A stretch of DNA of 64,000 bases from Candidatus Subterrananammoxibius californiae (GTDB lineage: Bacteria; Planctomycetota; Brocadiia; Brocadiales; Subterrananammoxibiaceae). The stretch lies in contig JAURAC010000006.1 of the NCBI GenBank assembly GCA_030586555.1, positions 16,794-80,793 on the forward strand, written 5' to 3'. Positions within the stretch are counted from its first letter, which is position 1. Each line of letters starts with the position of its first letter. Under the pieces are notes generated by a model. That model saw only the letters and a list, made by a program, of their open reading frames with translations, was not told the DNA's origin and did not search any database. Shown piece after piece: positions 47,796 through 56,828 of the stretch. Made by a program: the position numbers and the translations under genes.

Positions 47796-49610
47796 TTACA
47801 GCGCCCCACGGTATTTAAAAATTTCAAGGATGCGCATAATATCGTTTCTCGTGGCATAGATAACAAGGCTTATAATAAGAGCAAACCCTATATAATGCGC
47901 TATTGTAAAGGTTCGTTCGCTTACAGGGGAACCCTTGAGCTTCTCTATACCCAGGAATAAAAGGTGCCCCCCATCGAGGACAGGAATTGGAAGTATATTT
48001 AGAATGGCAAGGTTAAGACTGAGTATGCCGATAAAGTATATGAGCTTCCCAATACCAAGTTTGGCAGATTCGTACGATGCCTGAGCAATTAAGATAATTC
48101 CGCCAATTGTCTTCGAGGATACCTGTTTTGTAAGAAGGCCCTTTACCGACAGATATATCATCTTAACATTTACTATTGCCTTAACGCTACCAACTTGACA
48201 AGCCCCTAAGAAGCCGTATTGCTTCGTTATCTTCTTTTCTCTGAAAACAACGCCTGTGCTGCCTTCTGCCTTTCTCGGTGTAACCCTTTTTGCAATGGTT
48301 TCCGTGCCCCGTTCCCACACTATCTCCATTTCCTTGCCTTCGCCACCCCTAACGGCATAAAGCAGGTCTTCCCAGCCCCCTAATTTCCTACCGCTTATAG
48401 AAACAAGACGGTCGCCAGGCATTAAGCCAATTTCGCTTGCTGGAAACCCTTCCACAACCATGTCCACCGTTAAGCCAAGTAAAGGAAAAATACCGCCAAG
48501 GAAATTTTCTTTGGCTTCTGCATCCTTAATGGGTAGTTCAAGTGTTCTTATTTGACCGTTTCTTTTTACACTTAGATTAATTGACTTTTCCGAAGCACTC
48601 GTAATCCTATTTTTTAATTCAGACCAACCTGTAACACTTTTATTATCCACGCCGATGATTTCGTCATCACTCTGTAAGCCTATAGCATGAGCAATACTGT
48701 CTTTTTTAATGCCGTCTATCCTGGGTGTTGCACAGGACAGGCCAAGCTTCCACTGGGTTGGTACTGGCGTCACCTTTAGGTCAATCGGTTTGTCATCCCT
48801 GAGAACGGTCAGGATGAGCTCTTCCCCGGCATGCGTGGCTTCTACCTCTAAAAATTCCTCCGCCATGGAAATCCGCTCGCCATTGACTGCAATAATAGTA
48901 TCACCAACTTGAATACCCGCTTCCTGTGCAGGGGAGTGACCGTTCTTATATGCATAAATCTTATCAACAACCAGACTCAGAGCTGGCTGAATGCCAATAA
49001 TCTTGTATCCAATCCTCTCGCTATATTCAGGATACACAACGACATCAAGACTTTCACCACCTCTATCTATCTTTAGTGGGATTCCATTCGGTGCGTTGCT
49101 AAGAGCGATGGTAGTGTGCACGTCTTCAAAGTCCGGATCAATGGTATTTCCAATTTTGACAATCTTATCTCCAGCCTTTAGCCCCGCTTCCCAGGCAGGT
49201 TTGCCAGGACTCACCGCTCCTATTTCTGCTGTTTCGAAAGGTACGCCAATACGAAATGCAACTATAAAAGCAATGAATGCAAGCGCCGCATTTAGCGCCA
49301 CCCCGGCTGCAAACACCATGGCGCGCTGACCGGCGCTCTTTGACATAAGTTCCCAGCTTGCACCCACGCCCTTCTCACTTGGCGTTTCCCCTGCCAGCTT
49401 AACATACCCCCCAAGGGGTATCATTGAGAGCCTGTATTCCGTTTCACCAAACTTCCTCTTAAACAAGGGCGGGCCAAACCCCAAAGAGAAAATAAATACC
49501 CTCACACCAAGCTTCTTTGCCATAAGAAAATGGCCAAGCTCGTGGATAAAGATAAGAAGCCCTATTCCTAAGACTACCAATAAGATATTAGATGACGTTT
49601 CTGCAAACAT
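47796..49610 (-). CDS. rseP: RIP metalloprotease RseP with multiple PDZ domains
   Basis: HELGH, PLGGYV, NILPIPVLDGG. Confidence 0.95.
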   Translation of the reverse strand: MFAETSSNILLVVLGIGLLIFIHELGHFLMAKKLGVRVFIFSLGFGPPLFKRKFGETEYRLSMIPLGGYVKLAGETPSEKGVGASWELMSKSAGQRAMVFAAGVALNAALAFIAFIVAFRIGVPFETAEIGAVSPGKPAWEAGLKAGDKIVKIGNTIDPDFEDVHTTIALSNAPNGIPLKIDRGGESLDVVVYPEYSERIGYKIIGIQPALSLVVDKIYAYKNGHSPAQEAGIQVGDTIIAVNGERISMAEEFLEVEATHAGEELILTVLRDDKPIDLKVTPVPTQWKLGLSCATPRIDGIKKDSIAHAIGLQSDDEIIGVDNKSVTGWSELKNRITSASEKSINLSVKRNGQIRTLELPIKDAEAKENFLGGIFPLLGLTVDMVVEGFPASEIGLMPGDRLVSISGRKLGGWEDLLYAVRGGEGKEMEIVWERGTETIAKRVTPRKAEGSTGVVFREKKITKQYGFLGACQVGSVKAIVNVKMIYLSVKGLLTKQVSSKTIGGIILIAQASYESAKLGIGKLIYFIGILSLNLAILNILPIPVLDGGHLLFLGIEKLKGSPVSERTFTIAHYIGFALIISLVIYATRNDIMRILEIFKYRGAL

Positions 49611-49785
49611 TTTTTTATCCCTCTTTAGCCCTCAGTTCTGAGGACAAAATCTAAATACCAAAACAAATCCCAGACGGAAAAGAATGGCCAAATCACAATT
49701 ACCAATGTCCAATTTGGGATTTGAGTCCGCCTGAGGCGGATGGATTTGGCAATTGTAAATTGGGATTTGGAGTTCTCCTCAGTCT

Positions 49786-50952
49786 TCAGCCTGTCGCCTT
49801 CTGCCTTTCTCGTGCCTCATGCCTTGCCCATTTATCCACAGCCATTGTTTCCTCAAGGGTGGGGTTCTCTCCTGAGGCGGATGAAGAATGCTTATTCATA
49901 ACGTTTTCAATAAGCGTAGTAATATCCGTAAATTTAATCTGCCCATCTAAGAATGCCTGAACTGCAACCTCATTTGCAGCGTTCATGACGGTACCCATTG
50001 TCCCGCCCAGTCGTGCAGCCTCAAAACCAAGCCTGAGGGCGGGAAATTTTTCAGGCTCTGCCTTAAAGAAGGTTAACTCCCCTGTTTTAGCCAGGTTTAA
50101 TGATTGCAGCCTCGAATTTTTACGATTCGGATAAGTAAAGGCATATTGAATGGGTACCTTCATATTAGGCATGCCCATCTGGGCAACGACAGAACTATCG
50201 CAAAACTCTACCATTGAATGGACGATGGATTGAGGATGGATTAAGACCTCAATCTGGGATGGGTCTAAATCAAAAAGCCACTTAGCCTCGATAATTTCAA
50301 GAGCCTTGTTCATCAGGGTTGCCGAATCAATGGTTATCTTCCGCCCCATGCGCCATGTCGGATGATTTAAGGCTTGTTCTACTGTTACCTCTTTCAATTC
50401 TTCAACGGACAATTTAAAGAAAGGGCCTCCAGACGCCGTTAGTATAACCTTTTTCACCTCTTTGCGCTTTCCAGCCTGAAGTGCCTGAAATATTGCGCTA
50501 TGCTCGCTGTCAACCGGCAAGATTTTTACCCCATTTTTCTTCGACATCGGCATCACTATCCCGCCAGCCATAACAAGGGGTTCTTTATTAGCAAGCGCCA
50601 GTGTCTTACCACACCTGATAGCCTCAAGAACAGCAGGGAGCCCTGCCGCACCTACGATTGCAGAGAGGACAATATCCACTTCATCCTTTGCAACGATTTC
50701 TTTGATGCTGTCAGGTCCGGCAAGAATCTCGACCTCATTGTTTGACACCCTTTCTCGCAATTTAGGAAGGAGTGATTCATCAGTTAGCGCTGCCCATCTG
50801 GGACGAAACTCCTCAATTTGCTCCGACAGGACATCCCATCGTGAGTTTGCGGAAAGGCCAGCAACCTTATACCCCCTCCCGAGATTGCGTATGACTTCAA
50901 GCGCATTCCTGCCTATAGAACCTGTAGAACCCAGAATTACGATATTCTTCAT
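49786..50952 (-). CDS. dxr: 1-deoxy-D-xylulose-5-phosphate reductoisomerase
   Basis: LGSTGSIG, LANKE, PVDSEH, HPTW.MG.KITIDSAT. Confidence 0.97.
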   Translation of the reverse strand: MKNIVILGSTGSIGRNALEVIRNLGRGYKVAGLSANSRWDVLSEQIEEFRPRWAALTDESLLPKLRERVSNNEVEILAGPDSIKEIVAKDEVDIVLSAIVGAAGLPAVLEAIRCGKTLALANKEPLVMAGGIVMPMSKKNGVKILPVDSEHSAIFQALQAGKRKEVKKVILTASGGPFFKLSVEELKEVTVEQALNHPTWRMGRKITIDSATLMNKALEIIEAKWLFDLDPSQIEVLIHPQSIVHSMVEFCDSSVVAQMGMPNMKVPIQYAFTYPNRKNSRLQSLNLAKTGELTFFKAEPEKFPALRLGFEAARLGGTMGTVMNAANEVAVQAFLDGQIKFTDITTLIENVMNKHSSSASGENPTLEETMAVDKWARHEARERQKATG

Positions 50953-50973
50953 ACACTGCCTGTATACACCTTG

Positions 50974-51083
50974 TGTCATGCCGAACTCATTTCAGCATCT
51001 ACTTGTTTCAGCATCTCTTTGTCCTTACCCAACGAGACCCTGAAATAAATTCAGGGTGACGGGATGAGCAGTTCGGGGTGACA
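50974..51083. repeat. Family-H REP cluster
   Basis: gtcatgccgaactcatttcagcatct ... agaccctgaaataaattcagggtgac. Confidence 0.75.
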
Positions 51084-51114
51084 TTCGATGTTCCTACGGA
51101 TACTAAACAAGAAC

Positions 51115-51397
51115 CTAAGGGTTTTTCAAGACTTCATCATGATTGCCTACCACCCTTAAAAATACAGTGTCTTGAATAATCTCAAACGTCAACCGATAAG
51201 AGATGTCTACCCTCACTTCCCAAATCCCTTTACTACCTTTTATTTTCTTATTATGTAATGATGGATGTCGAAAGTCCTTTGAGAGAAGGGAAATTTGTTT
51301 ATCAACCTTTTTCTGAATATTTTTAGGTAAATACTGGTAACATTTCCTAAATCTTTCATACGCCTTTCCCCATTTTCATGAGGACAAGTATCTTCAC
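51115..51397 (-). pseudogene. RelE/ParE-family toxin frameshifted by a 22-bp hairpin insert (51363-51384)
   Basis: Removing the insert restores an 86-aa ORF MKILAYERFRKCY...HPSL..KK..GIWEVRV...YRLTF...VGNHD; GTG overlaps the antitoxin stop. Confidence 0.8.
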
Positions 51398-51645
51398 GTC
51401 TTAAGCTTTTTCAGGAGGTCTTTTGCCGTTCCATCTCCAACGATATTACCCGCCTCTTTGTCCTTATCCGCTTCTTTTTCCATTTCCTGCCACTTTTTTG
51501 TCCAGAAATAAACTTGAGAAGGGTCAATGGCTTTTTTTGCTTTAATGAAACAGACAAAATCTATGACCTCCTTAATTTCTTCAGAAGGTAATTCCTCAAC
51601 TTCTTTTAAAAGCTCTTTTCTATATTTAGTTGCTAAAGACTTCAT
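51394..51645 (-). CDS. DUF2281-like antitoxin
   Basis: LP.E..KEV.DFV.F; IDPSQ.YFWT..WQ..E.EAD.D. Confidence 0.75.
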   Translation of the reverse strand: MKSLATKYRKELLKEVEELPSEEIKEVIDFVCFIKAKKAIDPSQVYFWTKKWQEMEKEADKDKEAGNIVGDGTAKDLLKKLKT

Positions 51646-51743
51646 AAAAATTCTATACAGGCGCTCGTCCCTGTATGTATTGAACAGGGAAAGGCTTCGC
51701 AGAGTTGAGAGTTACGAGTTGCGAGTTATGAGTTAAAAACCCT

Positions 51744-52838
51744 TCAACTCTCAACTCCTACAACCTCCATTGGTTTCGCTTCCCTCACCACAAGCTTTTC
51801 TATCTCTGCAAGTAGCTCTGCGACCATCTGTGATTCAGGTATCCTTCTGACCTTTTGCCCCTTCTTGAAGAGGAACCCAAAACCCTTTCCGCCTGCAATC
51901 CCTATATCCACTTCCTTCGCCTCGCCGGGTCCGTTGACAACACAACCCATTATGGCTATTTGTAAACCTTTAAGATGTGGGGGAAGTTTTTCCTTAACCT
52001 CATTAACGATTTTTACAAGGTCAATTTCGCATCGTCCGCATGTGGGACATGATATGAGTTCTGCCTCACGGGATTTTGATAGTCCGAGCGACTCAAGGAT
52101 TTCATACCCGCATTCTACTTCCATTGAAGGGGGACCCGTAAAAGATACTCGTAAAGTATCTCCGATACCCTCTGAAAGAAGGCCGCCTATGCCAATTGCT
52201 GATTTTATCGTGGCTGTACTCGGCGGACCCGCAGCCGTTATTCCGAGATGAAGCGGATAGTCGCACTGCTTTGCTACCGACCTGTACGCCTCCATGGTTC
52301 TTGGAACATCCGAGGCTTTAAGCGATAAGACTATATCCTTGAATCCGAGGGATTCAAAATATTCACAGTATTCGAGCGTCTTTTTTACCATTAACTCCGT
52401 AAGTTCGCCTTCCTCATTTTCCTTACCACGAATGGAACCAGAGTTGACCCCAATCCTGATGGATACCCCCTTATTTTTTGCCGCCAGCACAATCTGCTCC
52501 ACCTTCGCCTTATCCTTGATGTTTCCAGGGTTTATACGAATCTTATCAACGCCCTGGGCGATTGCCTCAAGCGCAAGTTGTGCGCTAAAGTGTATATCGG
52601 CAACAAGTGGGATTTTAATGCCCTTTTTAATCTCACCGAGGCTTTTAGCATCGTTGATGGTGGGCACTGCGACACGAATTATATGACAGCCTATCTCTTC
52701 CAGTTCCTTTATCTGTCTTATCGTGCCAGCAATATCATCGGTATGTGTTTTTGCCATTGATTGGACGGAGATGGGAGCGCCGCCGCCAATCTGCACCGAC
52801 CCAGCAAAAACTGCCCTTGTTTTACGTCGAGTTATCAT
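51744..52838 (-). CDS. ispG: 4-hydroxy-3-methylbut-2-enyl diphosphate synthase
   Basis: VQSM, ADIHF, RINPGN, CPTCGRC, GCVVNGPGE. Confidence 0.97.
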   Translation of the reverse strand: MITRRKTRAVFAGSVQIGGGAPISVQSMAKTHTDDIAGTIRQIKELEEIGCHIIRVAVPTINDAKSLGEIKKGIKIPLVADIHFSAQLALEAIAQGVDKIRINPGNIKDKAKVEQIVLAAKNKGVSIRIGVNSGSIRGKENEEGELTELMVKKTLEYCEYFESLGFKDIVLSLKASDVPRTMEAYRSVAKQCDYPLHLGITAAGPPSTATIKSAIGIGGLLSEGIGDTLRVSFTGPPSMEVECGYEILESLGLSKSREAELISCPTCGRCEIDLVKIVNEVKEKLPPHLKGLQIAIMGCVVNGPGEAKEVDIGIAGGKGFGFLFKKGQKVRRIPESQMVAELLAEIEKLVVREAKPMEVVGVES

Positions 52839-52922
52839 TAAATATAAAGCATTAATGTAAAAATATCTAAAATATGCTACGTTGTCCCATTATAGCTACA
52901 ATGAGAATATTGTCAATGAAAA

Positions 52923-53666
52923 TTAACCTCCACATTCCGTACTCCGCATTCCGGCGATAGCCTCGGCAAGCGCTAAATCCTCAGGCGTAGTAATCTTTAT
53001 ATTAATATCGCTGTCTCGTACGATTGCCACCTTATAGCCGAATCTTTCTGCCACTTCGGCGTCATCCGTAACTTCCGCATCTGTGGCAAGAAGTTTTTTG
53101 TATGCGTCCATAATAATGTGTTTCTTAAAGCCCTGGGGTGTCTGCGCCATCCAGAGGTCAGCCCTGGGCACAGTACGGGAAATAAGTAGGGGCGTATTGC
53201 AATACGCCCCTACTTGCTTTACCGTATCTTTTATTGGCACTGCGGCGATTGCCGCGCCATGTTCTTCTACCTTCTTGATAACAGCCTCGATAATCTCCTT
53301 TGTGACAAAGGGCCTAACAGCATCGTGAATCAGAACTATATCACAGTTAGCATCCAACTGTAGAAGCCCATTATAAACGCTGTCCTGCCTTCTTTTGCCG
53401 CCGGGAATAATCTTTGTCCTCTTTTGCTCACTAAGGCGGTCGTTCCACTCATTAACAACCGCAGAATGGTCATCAGGATTTACGACAAGGATTATCTCAT
53501 GAACACATTCAAAGCAAGAGAACTTCTCAAAGGTGTGGAGAAGTATCGGTTTGCCATTAATACTCAGAAATGGCTTCCTTACATTTCCACCCATGCGCAA
53601 ACCAAGCCCTGCTGAGGGGATAATTACAGAGACATTCGATACGTTCGCTTCGCTCAGTACAGGCAT
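52923..53666 (-). CDS. ispD: 2-C-methyl-D-erythritol 4-phosphate cytidylyltransferase
   Basis: AG.G.RM, RQDSV, IHDAVRP, QTPQ, TDD, KITTPEDL; start uncertain. Confidence 0.95.
   Translation of the reverse strand: MPVLSEANVSNVSVIIPSAGLGLRMGGNVRKPFLSINGKPILLHTFEKFSCFECVHEIILVVNPDDHSAVVNEWNDRLSEQKRTKIIPGGKRRQDSVYNGLLQLDANCDIVLIHDAVRPFVTKEIIEAVIKKVEEHGAAIAAVPIKDTVKQVGAYCNTPLLISRTVPRADLWMAQTPQGFKKHIIMDAYKKLLATDAEVTDDAEVAERFGYKVAIVRDSDINIKITTPEDLALAEAIAGMRSTECGG
53186..53213. repeat. Family-A palindrome in frame in ispD (empty form of 6149 and 9226)
   Basis: gtaggggcgtattgcaatacgcccctac encodes VGAYCNTPL. Confidence 0.93.
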
Positions 53667-53917
53667 GATGGCATTATACAAAAATTCCCATTAAAAGCAA
53701 GTAATCGGCAGGGGCAACCTTTAGTGTTGGAAAAAGCTCCCCAACATGTTATAATTTTGCAGTAATGCTGGTAGCGACACAGGCTCAGGATTTTATTGAC
53801 CGCTTCAATGCTGCGATTATTGTCAGTTATACAATAATTCATCCAGATTGGGCATATACAAATTGATATAGACCTGAACGTGTTAAATACAATTCAGCAT
53901 AGTAAGGATAAAAGAAT

Positions 53918-54601
53918 ATGAGTCAAACCCAAACAATATATATCAATCTTCAAAGGTTGCGTTCTTGTGGTGATACTGCATCTATAATAATCCGTCTCAT
54001 GATGGCTTGTAACGATATTTCTCTGGCGAACCAATGTCTTTCAAAATTTAAAGAAGATCAACCTTCAATCCGCAAGCATGTCCAACAAGGTGCGTTGATG
54101 TACTTCGTACGGTTACAGTGTGGGCATTTGAATGAAGCAATGAAAATCATCCAAGAAATCAAAGATGCCCAAAATCTTTGTGTTAGTGTTAAACTCTGTT
54201 CCCAAATGGCTCAGGACTCATTTAATAAATTGACCAACTGCTTGCAAGGCGGACCAGATTATTGTAATTTTCAAAAGTATATCGGAAGGATAAGACAAAA
54301 TACAGCTTTTCACTATGACGGGAAGTTGGCTGATAGAGCCTTATCTGATAGGTCTAATAGACCAGAAGCAAGTCTGTCTAAAATTACAAGAGGCGATCAT
54401 ATCAGTCTTTTGCGTTTTGAACTTGCTGATGATATCATAGATAGTATTGTATGTCGTCAAATTTGGGAAATTCCAAGAAATGTTGATCTTCGTCAAGAAG
54501 CAGATCGAATCGCGTATTTCGGGTCTGAACTGTGTAGATCCTTTCTTAATTTTTGTGTTGAATTTATTTTCCAATATATTCAGGAGTATGCAGCGATTTA
54601 A
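53918..54601 (+). CDS. Hypothetical protein with HEPN-like RxxxxxH motif
   Basis: IRQNTAFHYD in an apparently all-helical, AT-rich 227-aa ORF. Confidence 0.55.
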   Translation: MSQTQTIYINLQRLRSCGDTASIIIRLMMACNDISLANQCLSKFKEDQPSIRKHVQQGALMYFVRLQCGHLNEAMKIIQEIKDAQNLCVSVKLCSQMAQDSFNKLTNCLQGGPDYCNFQKYIGRIRQNTAFHYDGKLADRALSDRSNRPEASLSKITRGDHISLLRFELADDIIDSIVCRQIWEIPRNVDLRQEADRIAYFGSELCRSFLNFCVEFIFQYIQEYAAI

Positions 54602-54636
54602 TTTATTTGTTATATCATGTTTTGGTCTACAACTGC

Positions 54637-54705
54637 ATTTAACACGTAACAAACGGCTAATGCTAAAATTTCTTTGCAACTTCGTTTGTGCCGAAACAGT
54701 TATAC
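54637..54705 (+). mobile_element. Degenerate integron attC-like site
   Basis: ATTTAAC..ACAAACG...CGTTTGT..GTTATAC; ATTTAAC complements GTTAAAT at 53882 before the gene. Confidence 0.4.
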
Positions 54706-54820
54706 TAAAGACTGTTTAAAGAGAAGCCTGCTAAGAAAACTATTTGGAGAGAATGGGGGCTTGATAATAATCCAGCACATTCACCTCACTGAGTTCATGC
54801 TTGCTTTTCTCCATTTTACA

Positions 54821-54869
54821 TTGTAACATGGCAATTTTACGCGACTACCATTTACAAAATATGACTTAA
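54821..54869 (+). repeat. Decayed copy 1 of the psd 5' end
   Basis: gcgactaccatttacaaaatatgacttaa vs gcgactgccatttgcaaagtatgggttaa. Confidence 0.75.
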
Positions 54870-54930
54870 TGAAATTGAGTATATTTGGGGATATTTTTGT
54901 CTTCGGTGTTCATATTCGTTAAAGGAGAAA

Positions 54931-55237
54931 TAGGGGGTCCGTAGGGCAACTGCAAGCCAGAAATCTAGCTTTCCCTTAGTCAGGATGTGGAGAATCCTAG
55001 CTACGAAAGAGGTAAGTCTCCTAAAAAGACAGAGGGGTAAGGGTACAACCCCTCCTTGTTTGGGGTACAACAACAAGGCACTTGTCTCTTATCTATTATC
55101 TTTGGATAGGGTGGCAAGGGTACAACCCTCCTTGTTTGGGGTATAACCAAAGCAAATCCTTGGGGAACCTCGGAATGCTGGCCTCATGGCCTCTGCACCC
55201 TGAAAAGCTATTCTCCACATAGTCTGGGACCCCCCTA
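54931..55237 (+). ncRNA. Candidate ~310-nt structured RNA of unknown class
   Basis: Two nested long-range stems, two 32-33 nt internal repeats, and a hairpin with four G-U pairs on the + strand. Confidence 0.5.
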
Positions 55238-55249
55238 CCCTATTGGCTT

Positions 55250-55294
55250 GTAACTATATGCAACTACCATTTGCAAAATATGGGTTAAGGGACT
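55250..55294 (+). repeat. Copy 2 of the psd 5' end
   Basis: Reads MQLPFAKYGLR vs MRLPFAKYGLR. Confidence 0.85.
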
Positions 55295-55459
55295 ACAGAA
55301 AAAAATTGGAAATTAGAAAATGCAAATTTAAAATTTTCAATTTACAAACTGCATTTTCCAATTCTTTTCCCCGTTTACAAAGAGGGAGGTCAATGTGTTG
55401 CTTGGTTATAATCAATTAGAGATTACAGAGCCTTCTATGCTATAAAGGAGGGAATAAAA

Positions 55460-55648
55460 ATGCCTTATTTTAGTGAGTTTTATCAAGTAGAGGTAAGAGA
55501 CGAGATTGCCAGAGAGTTTACTAATTCTCTTGGGGAAGTAGATGATATGATGGCTGGCCTTCATGAAGTCCGCGTAAGAAGAGCCGAAAAGGAATACGAT
55601 TTAGAGGCATTGGCAAAGAGGCAGAAACTTTTGCAGACTACTAAATAG
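55460..55648 (+). CDS. 62-aa hypothetical protein
   Basis: Strong AAGGAGG RBS; helical, charged. Confidence 0.65.
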   Translation: MPYFSEFYQVEVRDEIAREFTNSLGEVDDMMAGLHEVRVRRAEKEYDLEALAKRQKLLQTTK

Positions 55649-55704
55649 GTTTTCACCCGGGAATAACCCCTTTTTGTAATTCTGATTGTAGTGTGGTAAT
55701 TTAT

Positions 55705-56352
55705 ATGCGACTGCCATTTGCAAAGTATGGGTTAAGAGAACTTGTAATCTTCGGAACTCTTTTGCTGACAGGTTTATTTCTGTGCCTTTTTTCCCTGCCA
55801 CAGTTGAGTCCAATCTTTATTCTTGGAATATTTTTTGTAGGATACTTTTTCAGGGACCCGGAAAGGGTTCCTCCTGATGGGGAGGAAAAACTCTTAGCTC
55901 CGGCAGATGGTACGGTTGTGGAAATTTCTAATGTGTATGAGGATAATTTCTTGAAATGCAGGGCAAGGAAGATTGGAATATTTATGTCAATCTTTGATGT
56001 CCATGTTAATCGAGCGCCTTGCAGCGGAGAGGTCGAATTTGTTGAGCACAAAAATGGCAAATTTCTGGATGCCCGACTTCAGGCATGTTCCGATGAGAAT
56101 GAGCGTAATCTGTTAGGATTGGCGGGGATAAACGGAAGGATACTTGTAAAGCAGATTGCTGGGCGCATAGCAAGAAGGATTGTATGCGACTGCTCAATCG
56201 GGCAAAATCTCCAGAGAGGGGAACGGTTTGGTATGATTAAGTTCGGGTCGAGATTAGAAGTCTTTATACCTGAGACTTTAAATATTGAACTCAATATTCT
56301 TAATGGGCAGAAAGTCACTGCAGGGGTAACAGTGTTGGGAGTCTTCAAATGA
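55705..56352 (+). CDS. psd: Phosphatidylserine decarboxylase proenzyme
   Basis: FFRDPER, APADG, FMS.FDVHVNR, IKFGSR. Confidence 0.93.
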   Translation: MRLPFAKYGLRELVIFGTLLLTGLFLCLFSLPQLSPIFILGIFFVGYFFRDPERVPPDGEEKLLAPADGTVVEISNVYEDNFLKCRARKIGIFMSIFDVHVNRAPCSGEVEFVEHKNGKFLDARLQACSDENERNLLGLAGINGRILVKQIAGRIARRIVCDCSIGQNLQRGERFGMIKFGSRLEVFIPETLNIELNILNGQKVTAGVTVLGVFK

Positions 56353-56828
56353 AAGATTATAAGAGAATATACGAAACGTATCTCGATTTCCTAAAACAGG
56401 AACTGAGAGATAATCTTGTTTCAGTTGTTCTTTATGGCTCTGTTGCAAGGGGGCAATACAGGGATGATTCGGATATAGACCTGCTTATTGTGTGTGAAGA
56501 CCTGCCTGATGACAGATTTAAAAGAAACGAGATATTTATTAATATAGAAGATAGGCTGCCAGAGGCGCTCGGGATTAACCCTCTTGAGGTTCCTTATATC
56601 TCAACTATTTCTAAGACGAGAGAAGGGGCTGGGTACCACTCCCCTCTTTACCTCGATATGGTTGAGGATGGCAAGATTCTTTTTGATAAAGGGGGATTCA
56701 TCCAGAAGGTCTTTAATGATATAAAAGAGAGGCTAAAGGAGCTTGGCGCAAAGAGGATATGGATTGGAGACAAATGGTACTGGGACCTGAAGCCTGATTT
56801 TAAGCCCGGTGAGGTAGTAGAAATATGA
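56349..56828 (+). CDS. Minimal nucleotidyltransferase (MNT) antitoxin
   Basis: LYGSVARG...SDIDL; WYWDLKP tail. Confidence 0.88.
   Translation: MKDYKRIYETYLDFLKQELRDNLVSVVLYGSVARGQYRDDSDIDLLIVCEDLPDDRFKRNEIFINIEDRLPEALGINPLEVPYISTISKTREGAGYHSPLYLDMVEDGKILFDKGGFIQKVFNDIKERLKELGAKRIWIGDKWYWDLKPDFKPGEVVEI

Noticed and set aside
54852..55076. 74-aa minus-strand ORF across the candidate RNA
   Set aside because: TTG start inside a repeat unit, no recognisable protein features; pairing pattern better explained as RNA structure.
55039..55147. Mini CRISPR array (two 32-33 bp repeats with a 44-bp spacer; reverse strand loosely resembles a Cas13a-type stem-loop)
   Set aside because: Only two repeats, the spacer is itself a hairpin, the unit is embedded in a larger fold, and no cas genes are in the window.
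54931..55237. tmRNA, RNase P, SRP, or group I/II intron
   Set aside because: No tRNA-like ends, GAGGAAAGUCC, SRP GGAA loop motif, ordered P7 pair or domain V seen.
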